DNA of 64,000 nt, from the NCBI GenBank assembly GCA_947629925.1, contig CANRFO010000008.1, positions 14,722-78,721 of the forward strand. The letters are read 5' to 3'. The stretch is from an uncultured Ruminiclostridium sp. (lineage in GTDB: Bacteria; Bacillota; Clostridia; Oscillospirales; Ruminococcaceae). Below the pieces are notes generated by a model. That model was not told the origin of the DNA. It ran no database searches and worked only from the letters and a program-made list of their open reading frames with translations. Each line of letters opens with the position of its first letter. Within the stretch, counting starts at the first letter, position 1. Positions 10,135 through 19,477 of the stretch are shown in pieces. The position numbers were made by a program, and so were the translations under genes.

Positions 10135-12510
10135 ATGCTAACATTCAGAAGAAAGCTGCTGGCAGCGCTTCTTGCGGCAACGATAGCGTTAAGCTCAGGT
10201 ATCGTATGGTCTGAAAACGCCGACGACACCGAACCCGCCGCGGAAGAAGCAGCCGAAGGCGGTCAGGAAGCGGAAGCTCCCGCCAATGACGCCGAAGGCA
10301 GCGGCGAAGAGGAGGAAGCTCCCGTTACCGAAGAGGAGGCGCTTGCCGCCATGACGGTATATGCTGAGGTCGATAACCTGAAGCTGTACGTCAACGAGGA
10401 GACCGCGATCTTCGCAGTTGAAAATACCGACGACGGATATATCTGGTGGTCAACTCCATACGATTATGAGAGCGACCCTATCGCAGGAAACGTACAGAAG
10501 CAGCTTATGGCTTCTGCAGTTTCCTTTAAGCCTATGGATGTGGAAAACGGTACTCTGCTCAATACCACCACATTCTCCTATGAAGGCTCGATCAAGAAAA
10601 AGGACTTCACCCTCCAGAAGATAGACAACGGCTTCAGACTTGATATGAATATTGCGTCAAACAATATTTCCATTCCCATCACCGTTGCTCTTGAACCCGG
10701 CGGAAGCGTTATCGCAAAGGTGCTTACCGATGAGATAAACGAATGGGTGATCGACGATCACGAGCTTCTCAAGGAATACAAACTGATAACGCTGAACTTC
10801 CTTCAGTCCTTCGGCGCAGGCAGAGCGGACGAGGACGGATATATGCTGATACCTGACGGTTCGGGCGCCGCTATCAATTTCAACAACGGAAAGACCTCGA
10901 CTCAGGTTTATCAGAGACCTATATACGGAAAAGACCTTGCGGTGAGCAAGACCTCCGCCGATCCCAAGACTGAGGATATTTACCTTCCTGTTCTCGGTAT
11001 CGTAAAGGATAACGACAACGGCGACGACGCCATGCTGGCGGTAGTTACCGAAGGCGACGCTTATGCTCAGATAAACGCTTCGGTAAGCGGTCAGGCTACC
11101 ACGTCAATAAACAGCGCATGGTTCAGCTTCGACTTCCGCGCGGTCGACCGTTACACTATCGGTACGAAAAAGCCTCTGGACGTTTTCCAGGCAGGCGATA
11201 TAAGGATAGACAGCATTGCGGTTCGTTACTACATAATGGCAAAGGACGAAATAAACGTCGCTGACCTTGCCGACACTTACCGCAACTACCTTATAAATGA
11301 AAAGGGGCTGCAAAAGCAGTCGATGGACGATTCAAACGCTCTTTATCTTACCACCATGGGCGGTACGATACTGAAACAGTCCGTTCTCGGCTTCCCCGTT
11401 GATATGCAGACCGTTGCCACCTCTTATGAGCAGGCTCAGGATATAATCAGTCAGCTCAACGGATTTGGCGTAGACGAAATGATCATCATTTACAACGACT
11501 TCAACGACAACGGCGTTACAGGAAAGATCTCCAACGGCGTGAACTATTCGGGAAAGCTTGGCGGAAAGAACGCATTCAATGACCTTTACGGATACATAAA
11601 GGAAAATAACTACGTTCTTTATCCCAGCATCGACATAATGGAATATGTGAGAAGCGGCTACGGTTATTCCTTCACGCTGAACAGCTCAAAGCGCATAACC
11701 AACGCTTACGCTACTCAGACAGCCTTCGAGCTTGCCTACGGTCAGCCCGATACAGACGTAAAGCCCACCTGGACGATACTTTCGCCTTACTACTGGCCCG
11801 ACCTGTTCAACAAGATCGTAAAATCCTTTAACGATGAGGGAATAGATACGATCTCACTGAATCAGGCTACCAGCGTTCTTTACAGCGACTTCGGCAGAAA
11901 GAACTTTGACGGCAAGGATCAGTTCGTTCGCGGCGACGCCATGAAGATACTCATTGACGGCTACAAACAGCTCAACGACGCAGGCATCTCCATGATCGCA
12001 CAGGAATGCAACGCTTACGCCCTGCCTTATGTCAAGGCGATAACCAACGTTCCTATGTACAGCTCGAACTACGACCTGTTCGACTATGACGTTCCTTTCT
12101 ACCAGATGGTAATCCACGGTTATATCCCATACAGCTCCAAGCCTATAAACGCAAGCTCCAATGCCGACGAGCTGCTGCTGCTCTCCCTGATGACAGGCGC
12201 AGGCGTTCACTATGAGCTTATGTACAATACCCCCGGCGAGTTCTCCGACAGCGAATACGACAAGTATTTCTACGCGAACTACTCAGGCTGGCTTGAAAAA
12301 GCTGCTGAGGATTACAAGCTGCTGAACGACATCATTTCCTCTTTCAGCACGCAGACTATCACAAAGTATGAGATCAAGGACAACAAGGTATACTCAGTCA
12401 CCTATTCTGACGGGACTGAGATAGAGGTAGACATAAATAACCTTACCTACACTGTAAACGGGCAGGAACACAGTCTTCCCGATAATCAACTGAAAGGAGA
12501 GGAAAACTGA
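10135..12510 (+). CDS. Secreted DUF5696-like protein
   Basis: Signal peptide, acidic linker, LYVNEETAIFAV/GYIWWSTP, GYMLIPDGSGAAINFNNGK, VPFYQMVIHGYIPY motifs typical of this cluster. Confidence 0.65.
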   Translation: MLTFRRKLLAALLAATIALSSGIVWSENADDTEPAAEEAAEGGQEAEAPANDAEGSGEEEEAPVTEEEALAAMTVYAEVDNLKLYVNEETAIFAVENTDDGYIWWSTPYDYESDPIAGNVQKQLMASAVSFKPMDVENGTLLNTTTFSYEGSIKKKDFTLQKIDNGFRLDMNIASNNISIPITVALEPGGSVIAKVLTDEINEWVIDDHELLKEYKLITLNFLQSFGAGRADEDGYMLIPDGSGAAINFNNGKTSTQVYQRPIYGKDLAVSKTSADPKTEDIYLPVLGIVKDNDNGDDAMLAVVTEGDAYAQINASVSGQATTSINSAWFSFDFRAVDRYTIGTKKPLDVFQAGDIRIDSIAVRYYIMAKDEINVADLADTYRNYLINEKGLQKQSMDDSNALYLTTMGGTILKQSVLGFPVDMQTVATSYEQAQDIISQLNGFGVDEMIIIYNDFNDNGVTGKISNGVNYSGKLGGKNAFNDLYGYIKENNYVLYPSIDIMEYVRSGYGYSFTLNSSKRITNAYATQTAFELAYGQPDTDVKPTWTILSPYYWPDLFNKIVKSFNDEGIDTISLNQATSVLYSDFGRKNFDGKDQFVRGDAMKILIDGYKQLNDAGISMIAQECNAYALPYVKAITNVPMYSSNYDLFDYDVPFYQMVIHGYIPYSSKPINASSNADELLLLSLMTGAGVHYELMYNTPGEFSDSEYDKYFYANYSGWLEKAAEDYKLLNDIISSFSTQTITKYEIKDNKVYSVTYSDGTEIEVDINNLTYTVNGQEHSLPDNQLKGEEN

Positions 12511-13670
12511 TGGCACCGCTTAATGAAAAAGAAAAAATGTCAGAAGAAGCTGCTGAAGTTACCGAGCAGGCTGTTGAAGCAGTAGAAACTGCCGAAGCGA
12601 CCGAGCAGGCTGTCGAGGCGGTAGAAGCTGCCGAAACAGAAGCAGTTGAAGCTGTAGGGCAGGACGCAGCCGCTGCCGTTGCAGAAAACGACGGCTACGC
12701 TAAACGCGGAGGCGGAAAAAAGCCCGATCAGAACAAAAAGACGCGCATTTCCTATGAGCGCAAAAAGAGGCTTTACGGCTACGGATTTATCATGCTGTGG
12801 CTTCTGGGAACTATTTACATGTTCATCATACCTATGGTAGAATCCATGAGATATTCCCTTTCCCATACCGAAATGGCAAGCGCCAGCGACTATATGACCT
12901 ATCCCGGCATGACAGGACCCGGTATTTACTGCGAATGGAACAACTTCGGCAACTACTATGACGAGTTCAACACCGACCAGAACTATGTGCCGAACCTTAT
13001 AGAATCGCTTAGCGCGATGCCCGGCGACACATTCATGATACTGGTATTCAGCTTGTTCATAGCTTTGCTCCTCAGCCAGAACTTCAAAGGCAGAGGTCTT
13101 GCCAGAGCGATATTCTTCATACCTGTTCTTGTTGCGACAGGACCTGTCCTGTCGGTAATCAACGGCGATATGGGAAGCCAGGGCATAGGCGACGCTTCAC
13201 AGTTCAGCTCATTGTTTGAGGTGGACATGGTAGACTCCTTCCTTGAGTTCATGGGCTTCGCAAACATAAGCCAGTCACTTGCCGACCAGCTTGGTCAGAT
13301 AGCCAGCGGTCTGTTCAACCTGATATGGCGCTGCGGTATCCAGACGATAATCTTCCTGTCAGCTTTGCAGCAGATCTCCACCTCCGCCAAGGAAGCGGCG
13401 CAGATGGAAGGCGCAACAGGCTGGGAATTCTTCTGGAAGATAACCTTCCCCACCATCAGCCCGATGATCCTTGTAAACCTGATCTATACCGTAATCGACT
13501 GCTTCATAGACTCGGCTAACCCTGTCATGAGCCAGGTTATGGATAAGGCTTCATCATGGGAATACGGCATAAGCGCTGCGATGGCGTGGACATACTTCCT
13601 TATTGTCGGTATCGCTCTCGGTATCATATCGGCGATCGTATCCAAGTTTATATTCTATCAGGTAGATTAA
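12510..13670 (+). CDS. Carbohydrate ABC permease with acidic N-terminal extension
   Basis: EAA loop AKEAAQMEGATGWEFFWKITFP; E/A-rich N-terminus containing a 39-bp tandem duplication. Confidence 0.85.
   Translation: MAPLNEKEKMSEEAAEVTEQAVEAVETAEATEQAVEAVEAAETEAVEAVGQDAAAAVAENDGYAKRGGGKKPDQNKKTRISYERKKRLYGYGFIMLWLLGTIYMFIIPMVESMRYSLSHTEMASASDYMTYPGMTGPGIYCEWNNFGNYYDEFNTDQNYVPNLIESLSAMPGDTFMILVFSLFIALLLSQNFKGRGLARAIFFIPVLVATGPVLSVINGDMGSQGIGDASQFSSLFEVDMVDSFLEFMGFANISQSLADQLGQIASGLFNLIWRCGIQTIIFLSALQQISTSAKEAAQMEGATGWEFFWKITFPTISPMILVNLIYTVIDCFIDSANPVMSQVMDKASSWEYGISAAMAWTYFLIVGIALGIISAIVSKFIFYQVD
12561..12638 (+). repeat. 39-bp imperfect tandem duplication (TEQAVEAVE-AE) inside the permease N-terminus
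   Basis: accgagcaggctgttgaagcagtagaaactgccgaagcg / accgagcaggctgtcgaggcggtagaagctgccgaaaca. Confidence 0.75.
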
Positions 13671-13683
13671 GGAGGGTTGATAA

Positions 13684-14931
13684 GTGGCTAAAAAAGATAA
13701 AGATATTAAAAAGGAAATACAGACCGCTGAAGCTGCTCCAGAAGCAGTCGAAGCAGTTGAAGCCGCCGCTGCCGATACAGTGCAGAAGGCGGAGAGTGCC
13801 GCCGATTCCCTCAAGGATACAGTGGTAAAAGTAAGCGACGATGACGCGAAGGTTCAGAAGGTATACACCAAGAAAGAGCTTAAAGAAATAGAAAAGAAGC
13901 AGAAAGAGCTTCACAAAAAGTACCATGTAAGCAACTGGGAAATACTGAAAAACTACCGTAACTATAACGACTCCGAAAAGCAGCATTATCGCTACATATT
14001 CGGCAGACGTGTGGCAGCGAAGGTATGGCCCATATTCAGATTCCTCATTCTGTTCGGACTCGGTTTCGTAATCATGTACCCTATTCTGTTCATGATCTCC
14101 GCCGCTATCCGTCCTCAGGCTGAGATGAACGACCCGTCTATCATGTGGATACCTAAGACCCTGAGATTTGAAAATATCTCTGAGGTCTGGGAAGCGATAC
14201 ATTATCCCACTCTTTTGTGGAACACCATTTCAGTAAACCTTATCTGCTCTGTTATTCAGGTCGTTACCTGCGCTATTACGGGCTACGGCTTTGCAAGATT
14301 CAAGTTCAAGGGCAGAGGCTTCCTGTTCGTTATCGTTATCCTTCAGATAATCGTTCCTACTCAGATAATCCTTATCCCTCAGTTCATGCAGTTCAGATAC
14401 TTTGATATTTTCGGTATCTTTGCCGCAATAACAGGTACGGGCGAGGGTCTGAACCTTACTGACCAGCCGTGGGCGCTGTACTTGCAGGCGATATGCGTAA
14501 ACGGTATCCGAGCAGGTCTGTTCATATTCATTTACAGGCAATTCTTCCGCGGGCTTCCCAAGGAGCTTGAGGACGCCGCTCACCTTGACGGCTGCGGACC
14601 TTTCTCAACATTCATACGCATAATGGTCCCCAACGCACGCTCTTCATTCCTTACAGTATTCGTATTCTCAATGGTATGGTACTGGAACGACTCATATGTA
14701 TCGGGAATGTTCTACAACGACGCGGACACTATCGCGCTGCAGGTATCCAACCTTTATTCAACCATTTCGTCGTGGCTTAACGGAGGTACTCCTACGGGTA
14801 TCCCTCAGGACTTCATGGTATGGATCGAAGCAGGATGTTTGCTGTCCCTCATACCTATCGTAATTATTTACTGCTTCTTGCAGAGGTACTTTATTGAAGG
14901 TATTGAGAGATCCGGTATCACAGGTATGTGA
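13684..14931 (+). CDS. Carbohydrate ABC permease with charged N-terminal extension
   Basis: EAA loop LPKELEDAAHLDGCG; FSMVWYWND; multiple TM helices. Confidence 0.9.
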   Translation: MAKKDKDIKKEIQTAEAAPEAVEAVEAAAADTVQKAESAADSLKDTVVKVSDDDAKVQKVYTKKELKEIEKKQKELHKKYHVSNWEILKNYRNYNDSEKQHYRYIFGRRVAAKVWPIFRFLILFGLGFVIMYPILFMISAAIRPQAEMNDPSIMWIPKTLRFENISEVWEAIHYPTLLWNTISVNLICSVIQVVTCAITGYGFARFKFKGRGFLFVIVILQIIVPTQIILIPQFMQFRYFDIFGIFAAITGTGEGLNLTDQPWALYLQAICVNGIRAGLFIFIYRQFFRGLPKELEDAAHLDGCGPFSTFIRIMVPNARSSFLTVFVFSMVWYWNDSYVSGMFYNDADTIALQVSNLYSTISSWLNGGTPTGIPQDFMVWIEAGCLLSLIPIVIIYCFLQRYFIEGIERSGITGM

Positions 14932-14945
14932 TTTTCGGCTCAAAG

Positions 14946-14974
14946 AAAAGGCTTGGTTTTTCCAAGCCTTTTTT
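14946..14974 (+). terminator. Intrinsic terminator of the ABC cluster
   Basis: aaaaggcttgg-ttttt-ccaagcctttttt. Confidence 0.8.
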
Positions 14975-15037
14975 GTTTTTGGGGATCGTGAGACGGGTGA
15001 TACTGAGAGGATTTCTTTTGGAAAAGAAATCCTCGTA

Positions 15038-15079
15038 GCCGCACTGACATAGGAAAAACACAGGTTTTCGCAGAAAACC
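15038..15079. repeat. REP-like short palindromic repeat, family B (inverted relative to the 25483 and 57856 copies)
   Basis: gccgcactgacataggaaaaacacaggttttc is nearly the reverse complement of 57870-57901. Confidence 0.65.
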
Positions 15080-15098
15080 GCGAAGCGCCGCAGGCTCG

Positions 15099-15187
15099 CA
15101 CAAAAGCGGCAGATACAAGGAAACGCTCTGCAGCAATCCTTGATGGATTGTAAGGAGTGTTGACGAAGTGGATGTCGTTTTTGTGGC
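15099..15187. repeat. ~90-bp dispersed structured element, family C, copy 1
   Basis: Aligns by eye with 22279-22376 (aaagcggcagata..aaacgctc..cttgayggatygta(a)aggagygytga..gtttttgyggc). Confidence 0.6.
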
Positions 15188-15341
15188 AGAGCTTGCGGCT
15201 GTGTTTTCCTGTGGCGGGGCGGCTGTGGGCTCTCCTTAGAAAACTGTGCGTAGGATTTACAGCTTTACCGTTAAAAACTATGTTGTGGAAAATATACGGC
15301 GGTTTATGTACTGCGCTATAACAAGGTAGTGCTTGTCAGGG

Positions 15342-15444
15342 GCGGCGAAGCCGCAGTCGGCGCTTTGCGCCGACCTGATGATTTTGCTTCGCAAAATCAT
15401 CACTTTTGTTCGGGCTGCGCCCGAACAAAAGGCGGCTTCGCCGC
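15342..15444. repeat. Multi-hairpin palindromic element, family A, copy 1
   Basis: gcggcgaagccgc + three perfect hairpins (loops ttt, ttc, tgc) + gcggcttcgccgc. Confidence 0.85.
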
Positions 15445-15561
15445 CCCGCTCCACGCACATCTTCCCTTAAACCCGCACCGCCTTATAAACCCATTAAATT
15501 CCCACCCCAAAAAGAAAAACGCTGACCGTGGGAACCACAGTCAGCGCAGATATGTACATGA

Positions 15562-15927
15562 TTATTCCTCAACTACCTCAGCTTCGGGAGCGTTCTTCTT
15601 AACGCTTTCGATACCGTTCAGGCAGCTGGGCTTAGCCTTGTAGCCCTCGCTGGTAGCGATTATCTCACCGTTGCGAGCCTTGAGTCTGAAACGATATTCG
15701 CCCTTCTTGTCCTGATAAACCTCAAATTTGGGGTGCTTGAGAGTTTCGTAGCCTTCAACGGTCTGATCCTCAACGCCGCCCTCGCAGCACTTGCGAACGC
15801 TTTCGATACCGTTCTTGCAAGCGGAATCGGTGGTGTACACCTCGCTGGTAGCGATAACTTCGCCGTTGCCTGCCTTCAGGTCGAACTTAACGCCTGTTGC
15901 AGTGTGCTTGATAACAAACTTGCCCAT
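15562..15927 (-). CDS. yegP: YegP-family (tandem DUF1508) protein
   Basis: Two copies of F-x-L-K-A-x-N-G-E-x-I-A-T-S-E-x-Y...C-x-N-G-I-E-S-V. Confidence 0.85.
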   Translation of the reverse strand: MGKFVIKHTATGVKFDLKAGNGEVIATSEVYTTDSACKNGIESVRKCCEGGVEDQTVEGYETLKHPKFEVYQDKKGEYRFRLKARNGEIIATSEGYKAKPSCLNGIESVKKNAPEAEVVEE

Positions 15928-16045
15928 GGTTTTTTCCTCCTGAATTTTAAAATTAAATATTGACCCGACTGTTCGGGAAAAGTACGAATTCTATTTATTA
16001 AATTATAACATATTTTCCGCAAAAAAGCAAGAAAAAACAACATAA

Positions 16046-16074
16046 TTGACAAAGGTATTTTGTTATGCTACAAT
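16046..16074 (+). promoter_or_regulatory. Sigma-A promoter for rmuC
   Basis: TTGACA-17 bp-TACAAT with an extended TG. Confidence 0.7.
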
Positions 16075-16108
16075 AATTACAGTTAATTTTCAGAATGAAG
16101 GAGCAGAA

Positions 16109-17410
16109 ATGGAGATCTTAGGAATAATTTTTTCGGCAGTTTCAATCATTATCAGCATTATCCTGCTGATAATCGTTATAAAAAACGGTAAGCCCTCAGG
16201 CGGCGGGGACAATTCCAAGGAGCTTGAGGTGATAAAGGACAGGCTTTCCACCCTTTCCACCGACCAGAAGGGAAGTCAGACGGAATTAAGGCGGGAAGTT
16301 TCCGACAACATAAAGGGCTTGTCCCAAATGCTCAGCGACAGCCAACGTCAGTCCGCAGACAATATGAATCAGCGGCTGGAATTGCTGGAGCACCGCTTGC
16401 AGGGCATAGAGAAAAACAACGTAGACGCCCTTTCCAAGGTAAACGAAACGGTAAACAAGCAGCTGCTTGAAATAAGGGAGGACAACGGCAAGCGCCTTGA
16501 CCAGATAAGGACCACCGTTGATGAAAAGCTGCAAAAGACCCTTGATGAGAGAATGACCCAGTCCTTCAAGACCGTAAGCGAGCGCCTTGAAGAGGTACAC
16601 AAGGGGCTCGGCGAAATGCAGAGCCTTGCGGCGGGAGTGGGGGATCTGAAAAAGATACTCTCCAACGTGAAAACAAGAGGTATTATGGGCGAAACTCAGC
16701 TTGAGGGTATTTTGTCCGAAATTCTTGCCCCCGAACAGTATGAAAAAGACGTTGCCACAATCCCTGACAGCAAGAACCGCGTCGAATTTGCAATAAAGCT
16801 CCCCGGCGACGGAGACGGAACTATCTATCTTCCCATAGACGCAAAATTCCCCGGCGATACATACCATGCGCTGAGAGACGCTTACGACAGCGGCGACAAG
16901 GACACGGTTGATGCGGCGAAAAAAGTCCTTGCCGAGCGGATACGAAACAGCGCAAAGGACATTCACGACAAATACATACAGCCCCCTCACACCACAGGTT
17001 TCGGAATAATGTTCCTGCCCTTTGAGGGGCTTTACGCCGAGGTGGTGAATATGGGGCTGGTAGAGGAGCTCCAGCAGAAATTTCAGGTGAACATAGCGGG
17101 ACCCTCCACAATGGCGGCAATGCTGAACTCTCTTTATATGGGCTTTCGCACCCTTGCGATACAAAAGCGCAGCGACGACGTATGGAAGGTGCTTTCAGGC
17201 GTCAAGGGTGAGTTTGAGAACTTTGAAAAGGTGCTTAAATCGGCGCAAATGCGTTCCCGTCAGCTTGACGACGATCTGGAAAAGCTGGTGGGCGTTCGCA
17301 CCCGTCAGATAAACAAATCCCTCAAAAGCGTTGAGACCCTTGAAGGCGGTCTGGACGGACTTGTAGCGATAATACAGGGAACGGACGAAACGGAAAATGA
17401 GGAAGAATAA
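16109..17410 (+). CDS. rmuC: DNA recombination protein RmuC
   Basis: N-terminal TM, coiled coil, LSNVKTRGIMGETQLE, LPIDAKFP, FGIMFLPFEGLYAE, IAGPSTMAAMLNSL; ATG 16109 after GAAGGAG. Confidence 0.92.
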   Translation: MEILGIIFSAVSIIISIILLIIVIKNGKPSGGGDNSKELEVIKDRLSTLSTDQKGSQTELRREVSDNIKGLSQMLSDSQRQSADNMNQRLELLEHRLQGIEKNNVDALSKVNETVNKQLLEIREDNGKRLDQIRTTVDEKLQKTLDERMTQSFKTVSERLEEVHKGLGEMQSLAAGVGDLKKILSNVKTRGIMGETQLEGILSEILAPEQYEKDVATIPDSKNRVEFAIKLPGDGDGTIYLPIDAKFPGDTYHALRDAYDSGDKDTVDAAKKVLAERIRNSAKDIHDKYIQPPHTTGFGIMFLPFEGLYAEVVNMGLVEELQQKFQVNIAGPSTMAAMLNSLYMGFRTLAIQKRSDDVWKVLSGVKGEFENFEKVLKSAQMRSRQLDDDLEKLVGVRTRQINKSLKSVETLEGGLDGLVAIIQGTDETENEEE

Positions 17411-17443
17411 AAAATGCCGTGGAGCAAATTCCACGGCGTTTTT
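17409..17443. terminator. Bidirectional terminator between rmuC and the acp gene
   Basis: aaaatgccgtgga-gcaaat-tccacggcgttttt between convergent genes. Confidence 0.75.
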
Positions 17444-17451
17444 ATGCCCTT

Positions 17452-17685
17452 TTACATACGTTCCTTAATTATATTCGCCATTTCCCCCACGTTTTTCATA
17501 CCGCTCACCTCGCCCATGGTAAAGCGCACGCCGAATTCGCTTTCCACAGCGTCTATCAGCGTGATGTGGTTCAGGCTGTCCCAGTCCTCGATGTCGTCGG
17601 CGGTGGTGTCCTCGTTCACGGTAATGCTTTCGTCGTCAAAAACATCTCTGAACACGCCGTTCAGTCTTTCGTATATCTCGTCCAT
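17452..17685 (-). CDS. Acyl carrier protein
   Basis: 77 aa, acidic, WDSLNHITLI phosphopantetheine attachment motif. Confidence 0.9.
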   Translation of the reverse strand: MDEIYERLNGVFRDVFDDESITVNEDTTADDIEDWDSLNHITLIDAVESEFGVRFTMGEVSGMKNVGEMANIIKERM

Positions 17686-17700
17686 AGCTCAAGCTCCCTT

Positions 17701-19464
17701 TCAGTTTATTTCAATATGTGAAGTTCGGTTTTCGTAAGGATCAATTGACAGCTCCCAGCGGGTATTTCCCTCGCCGTCCTCCTCCGTCTTTGTGAAACCG
17801 AAGTCCATATACAGATCCTTTACCATAGAATTTTTCGGAGTGGGGTAATAATGTCCCACCAGCTTAGTTATGCCCTGCTCCCTTGCCTTTTGAACAAGCA
17901 CGTCCAGCATAGCAAATTCCATTTCTCTTTTCAGCACACGGCAGCTCATCAGCCAAAGCTGAATATCAAGAACGTCGCCCTGCTTTTCCCCAATGACCAC
18001 GCTCACAATGCCGTTGTCGCCGTATTTGTCCGTAAGCCGCCCACAAAGGCGGATATAATTTTCACTTTTGTACACCTTTTCCATCTCGGCAGGGGAATAG
18101 CGTTTGGTGGTAAGATTAAACTGGTTGCTCTTGTTGGTGAGCTGGGTAACTCTTGCCAGATTGATAGGCGAAAAGTCCTCAATAACTGCTTTCATCTCAA
18201 GAAAATCCAGATATTCCCCGTAATCCTTGAAGGAGGACTGCGCCGCCGCCCTCTCGGCGTTCTGCTTGTACATCTCAACTCTGCGCAGGTCGTCGGCGGA
18301 GAAGTTCGTCACTTCAAAATATCCGCCCTTGTCAAGGGTCTTGATATAATTTTCAATGCCGTCCATAGGCGGGGTCTCTATCCCCATATCGCCCACTATC
18401 GCGCGCTCGGCGGGATTGTCGTCCACGAACACAATGCTTTCGGGGAGCAGGTCAAGCTCCTTTGCGGTCTGCTGAATGTTCAGGCTTTTAGGGTCCCAGT
18501 TCGCCTTTATCACGGTGAAATCGTCAGGGCGAAGAACGCCGTCAGGGTGTTCAAGTCCTGCAATTGCATTTTCACGGTCGTTTTTGGAGCATACTGTCAG
18601 CAGTACCCCAAGCTGTTTTTGCGCCTTGATGTAGGACTGAAACTCGCAGTACGCCTGCCCCAACGGTACTTCCTGCCCCAGAGCAAGGTTTTCAACTCCG
18701 TCGTCCCCCACAACGCCGCCCCAGAGGGTGTTGTCAAGGTCAAGGGCGAGGACCTTTTTGTTCTTTCCAAGGAGAGAAGCGAAAATTTTCGCCAGACTAA
18801 AGGCAAAATCAGGGAAAAACGGCACAGCCACCGCATACTTGTACATATTCCAGTACAGCGGGTCGGAAAACTTTTCCAGTCCCAAAGATGCGCTGAGGTA
18901 GTTTATATCGTGAATGTAAAAATCACTGTGCGCTGCGGCGTAATCGTAAAAACCGCCGTTCAGCCTTGTCACAAAGTTCACCCTGCCGTGAAAGTCGGCG
19001 CAGTCCTTGTTGCCCAGCAGCCTCCAGTACGGCATTTCCATATTGTTTTGTATAACGGGACAGGAAAGGTCCTCCCTCAGCTTATCCCACATCACGGTGA
19101 AATGCTCAAGCTGATTTTTCAGCAGACCGTCTACTTCCTCCTTGCTCATTGACATTTCGGGGAAAGCGGAAATATTTCTTGAAGTGGTGTGGATAAACAC
19201 AAAATCAGGCTGAAACTCACGCAGCTCGGCGCCGAACATTGCGTCCTGCCAGTATTGAGCGTATTCGCACTGGTAAAATTCCGCCTTTATCCCGTAATAA
19301 AGCAGGAAAAGCTCCAGCATATCCACGATTCCGTTGGTGGTGGAGCCGCCCAGCACCGCTATTTTCTTTTCGATTCGCTTGCTGCCGTCTGAAAGCAGAG
19401 CGCGCTTCAGCGACCGCTGCTTTTTCATTATTTCGGCGCTGTCAAAGGGATAAAAATTTGCCAT
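17701..19464 (-). CDS. FkbH-like HAD-IIIC phosphatase/glyceryl-ACP transferase
   Basis: HAD motif LDLDNTLWGGVVGDDG, VCSKND, VFVDDNPAER, QLTNKSNQFNLTTKRY, DKYGDNGIV, WLMSCRVLKR; N-terminal SGNH-like region. Confidence 0.88.
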   Translation of the reverse strand: MANFYPFDSAEIMKKQRSLKRALLSDGSKRIEKKIAVLGGSTTNGIVDMLELFLLYYGIKAEFYQCEYAQYWQDAMFGAELREFQPDFVFIHTTSRNISAFPEMSMSKEEVDGLLKNQLEHFTVMWDKLREDLSCPVIQNNMEMPYWRLLGNKDCADFHGRVNFVTRLNGGFYDYAAAHSDFYIHDINYLSASLGLEKFSDPLYWNMYKYAVAVPFFPDFAFSLAKIFASLLGKNKKVLALDLDNTLWGGVVGDDGVENLALGQEVPLGQAYCEFQSYIKAQKQLGVLLTVCSKNDRENAIAGLEHPDGVLRPDDFTVIKANWDPKSLNIQQTAKELDLLPESIVFVDDNPAERAIVGDMGIETPPMDGIENYIKTLDKGGYFEVTNFSADDLRRVEMYKQNAERAAAQSSFKDYGEYLDFLEMKAVIEDFSPINLARVTQLTNKSNQFNLTTKRYSPAEMEKVYKSENYIRLCGRLTDKYGDNGIVSVVIGEKQGDVLDIQLWLMSCRVLKREMEFAMLDVLVQKAREQGITKLVGHYYPTPKNSMVKDLYMDFGFTKTEEDGEGNTRWELSIDPYENRTSHIEIN

Positions 19465-19477
19465 GCCCTGCTCCTTT

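Noticed and set aside
16286-17164. 292-aa minus-strand ORF
   Set aside because: Antisense shadow of rmuC.
17851-19152. 433-aa plus-strand ORF
   Set aside because: Antisense shadow of the FkbH gene with no recognisable motifs.
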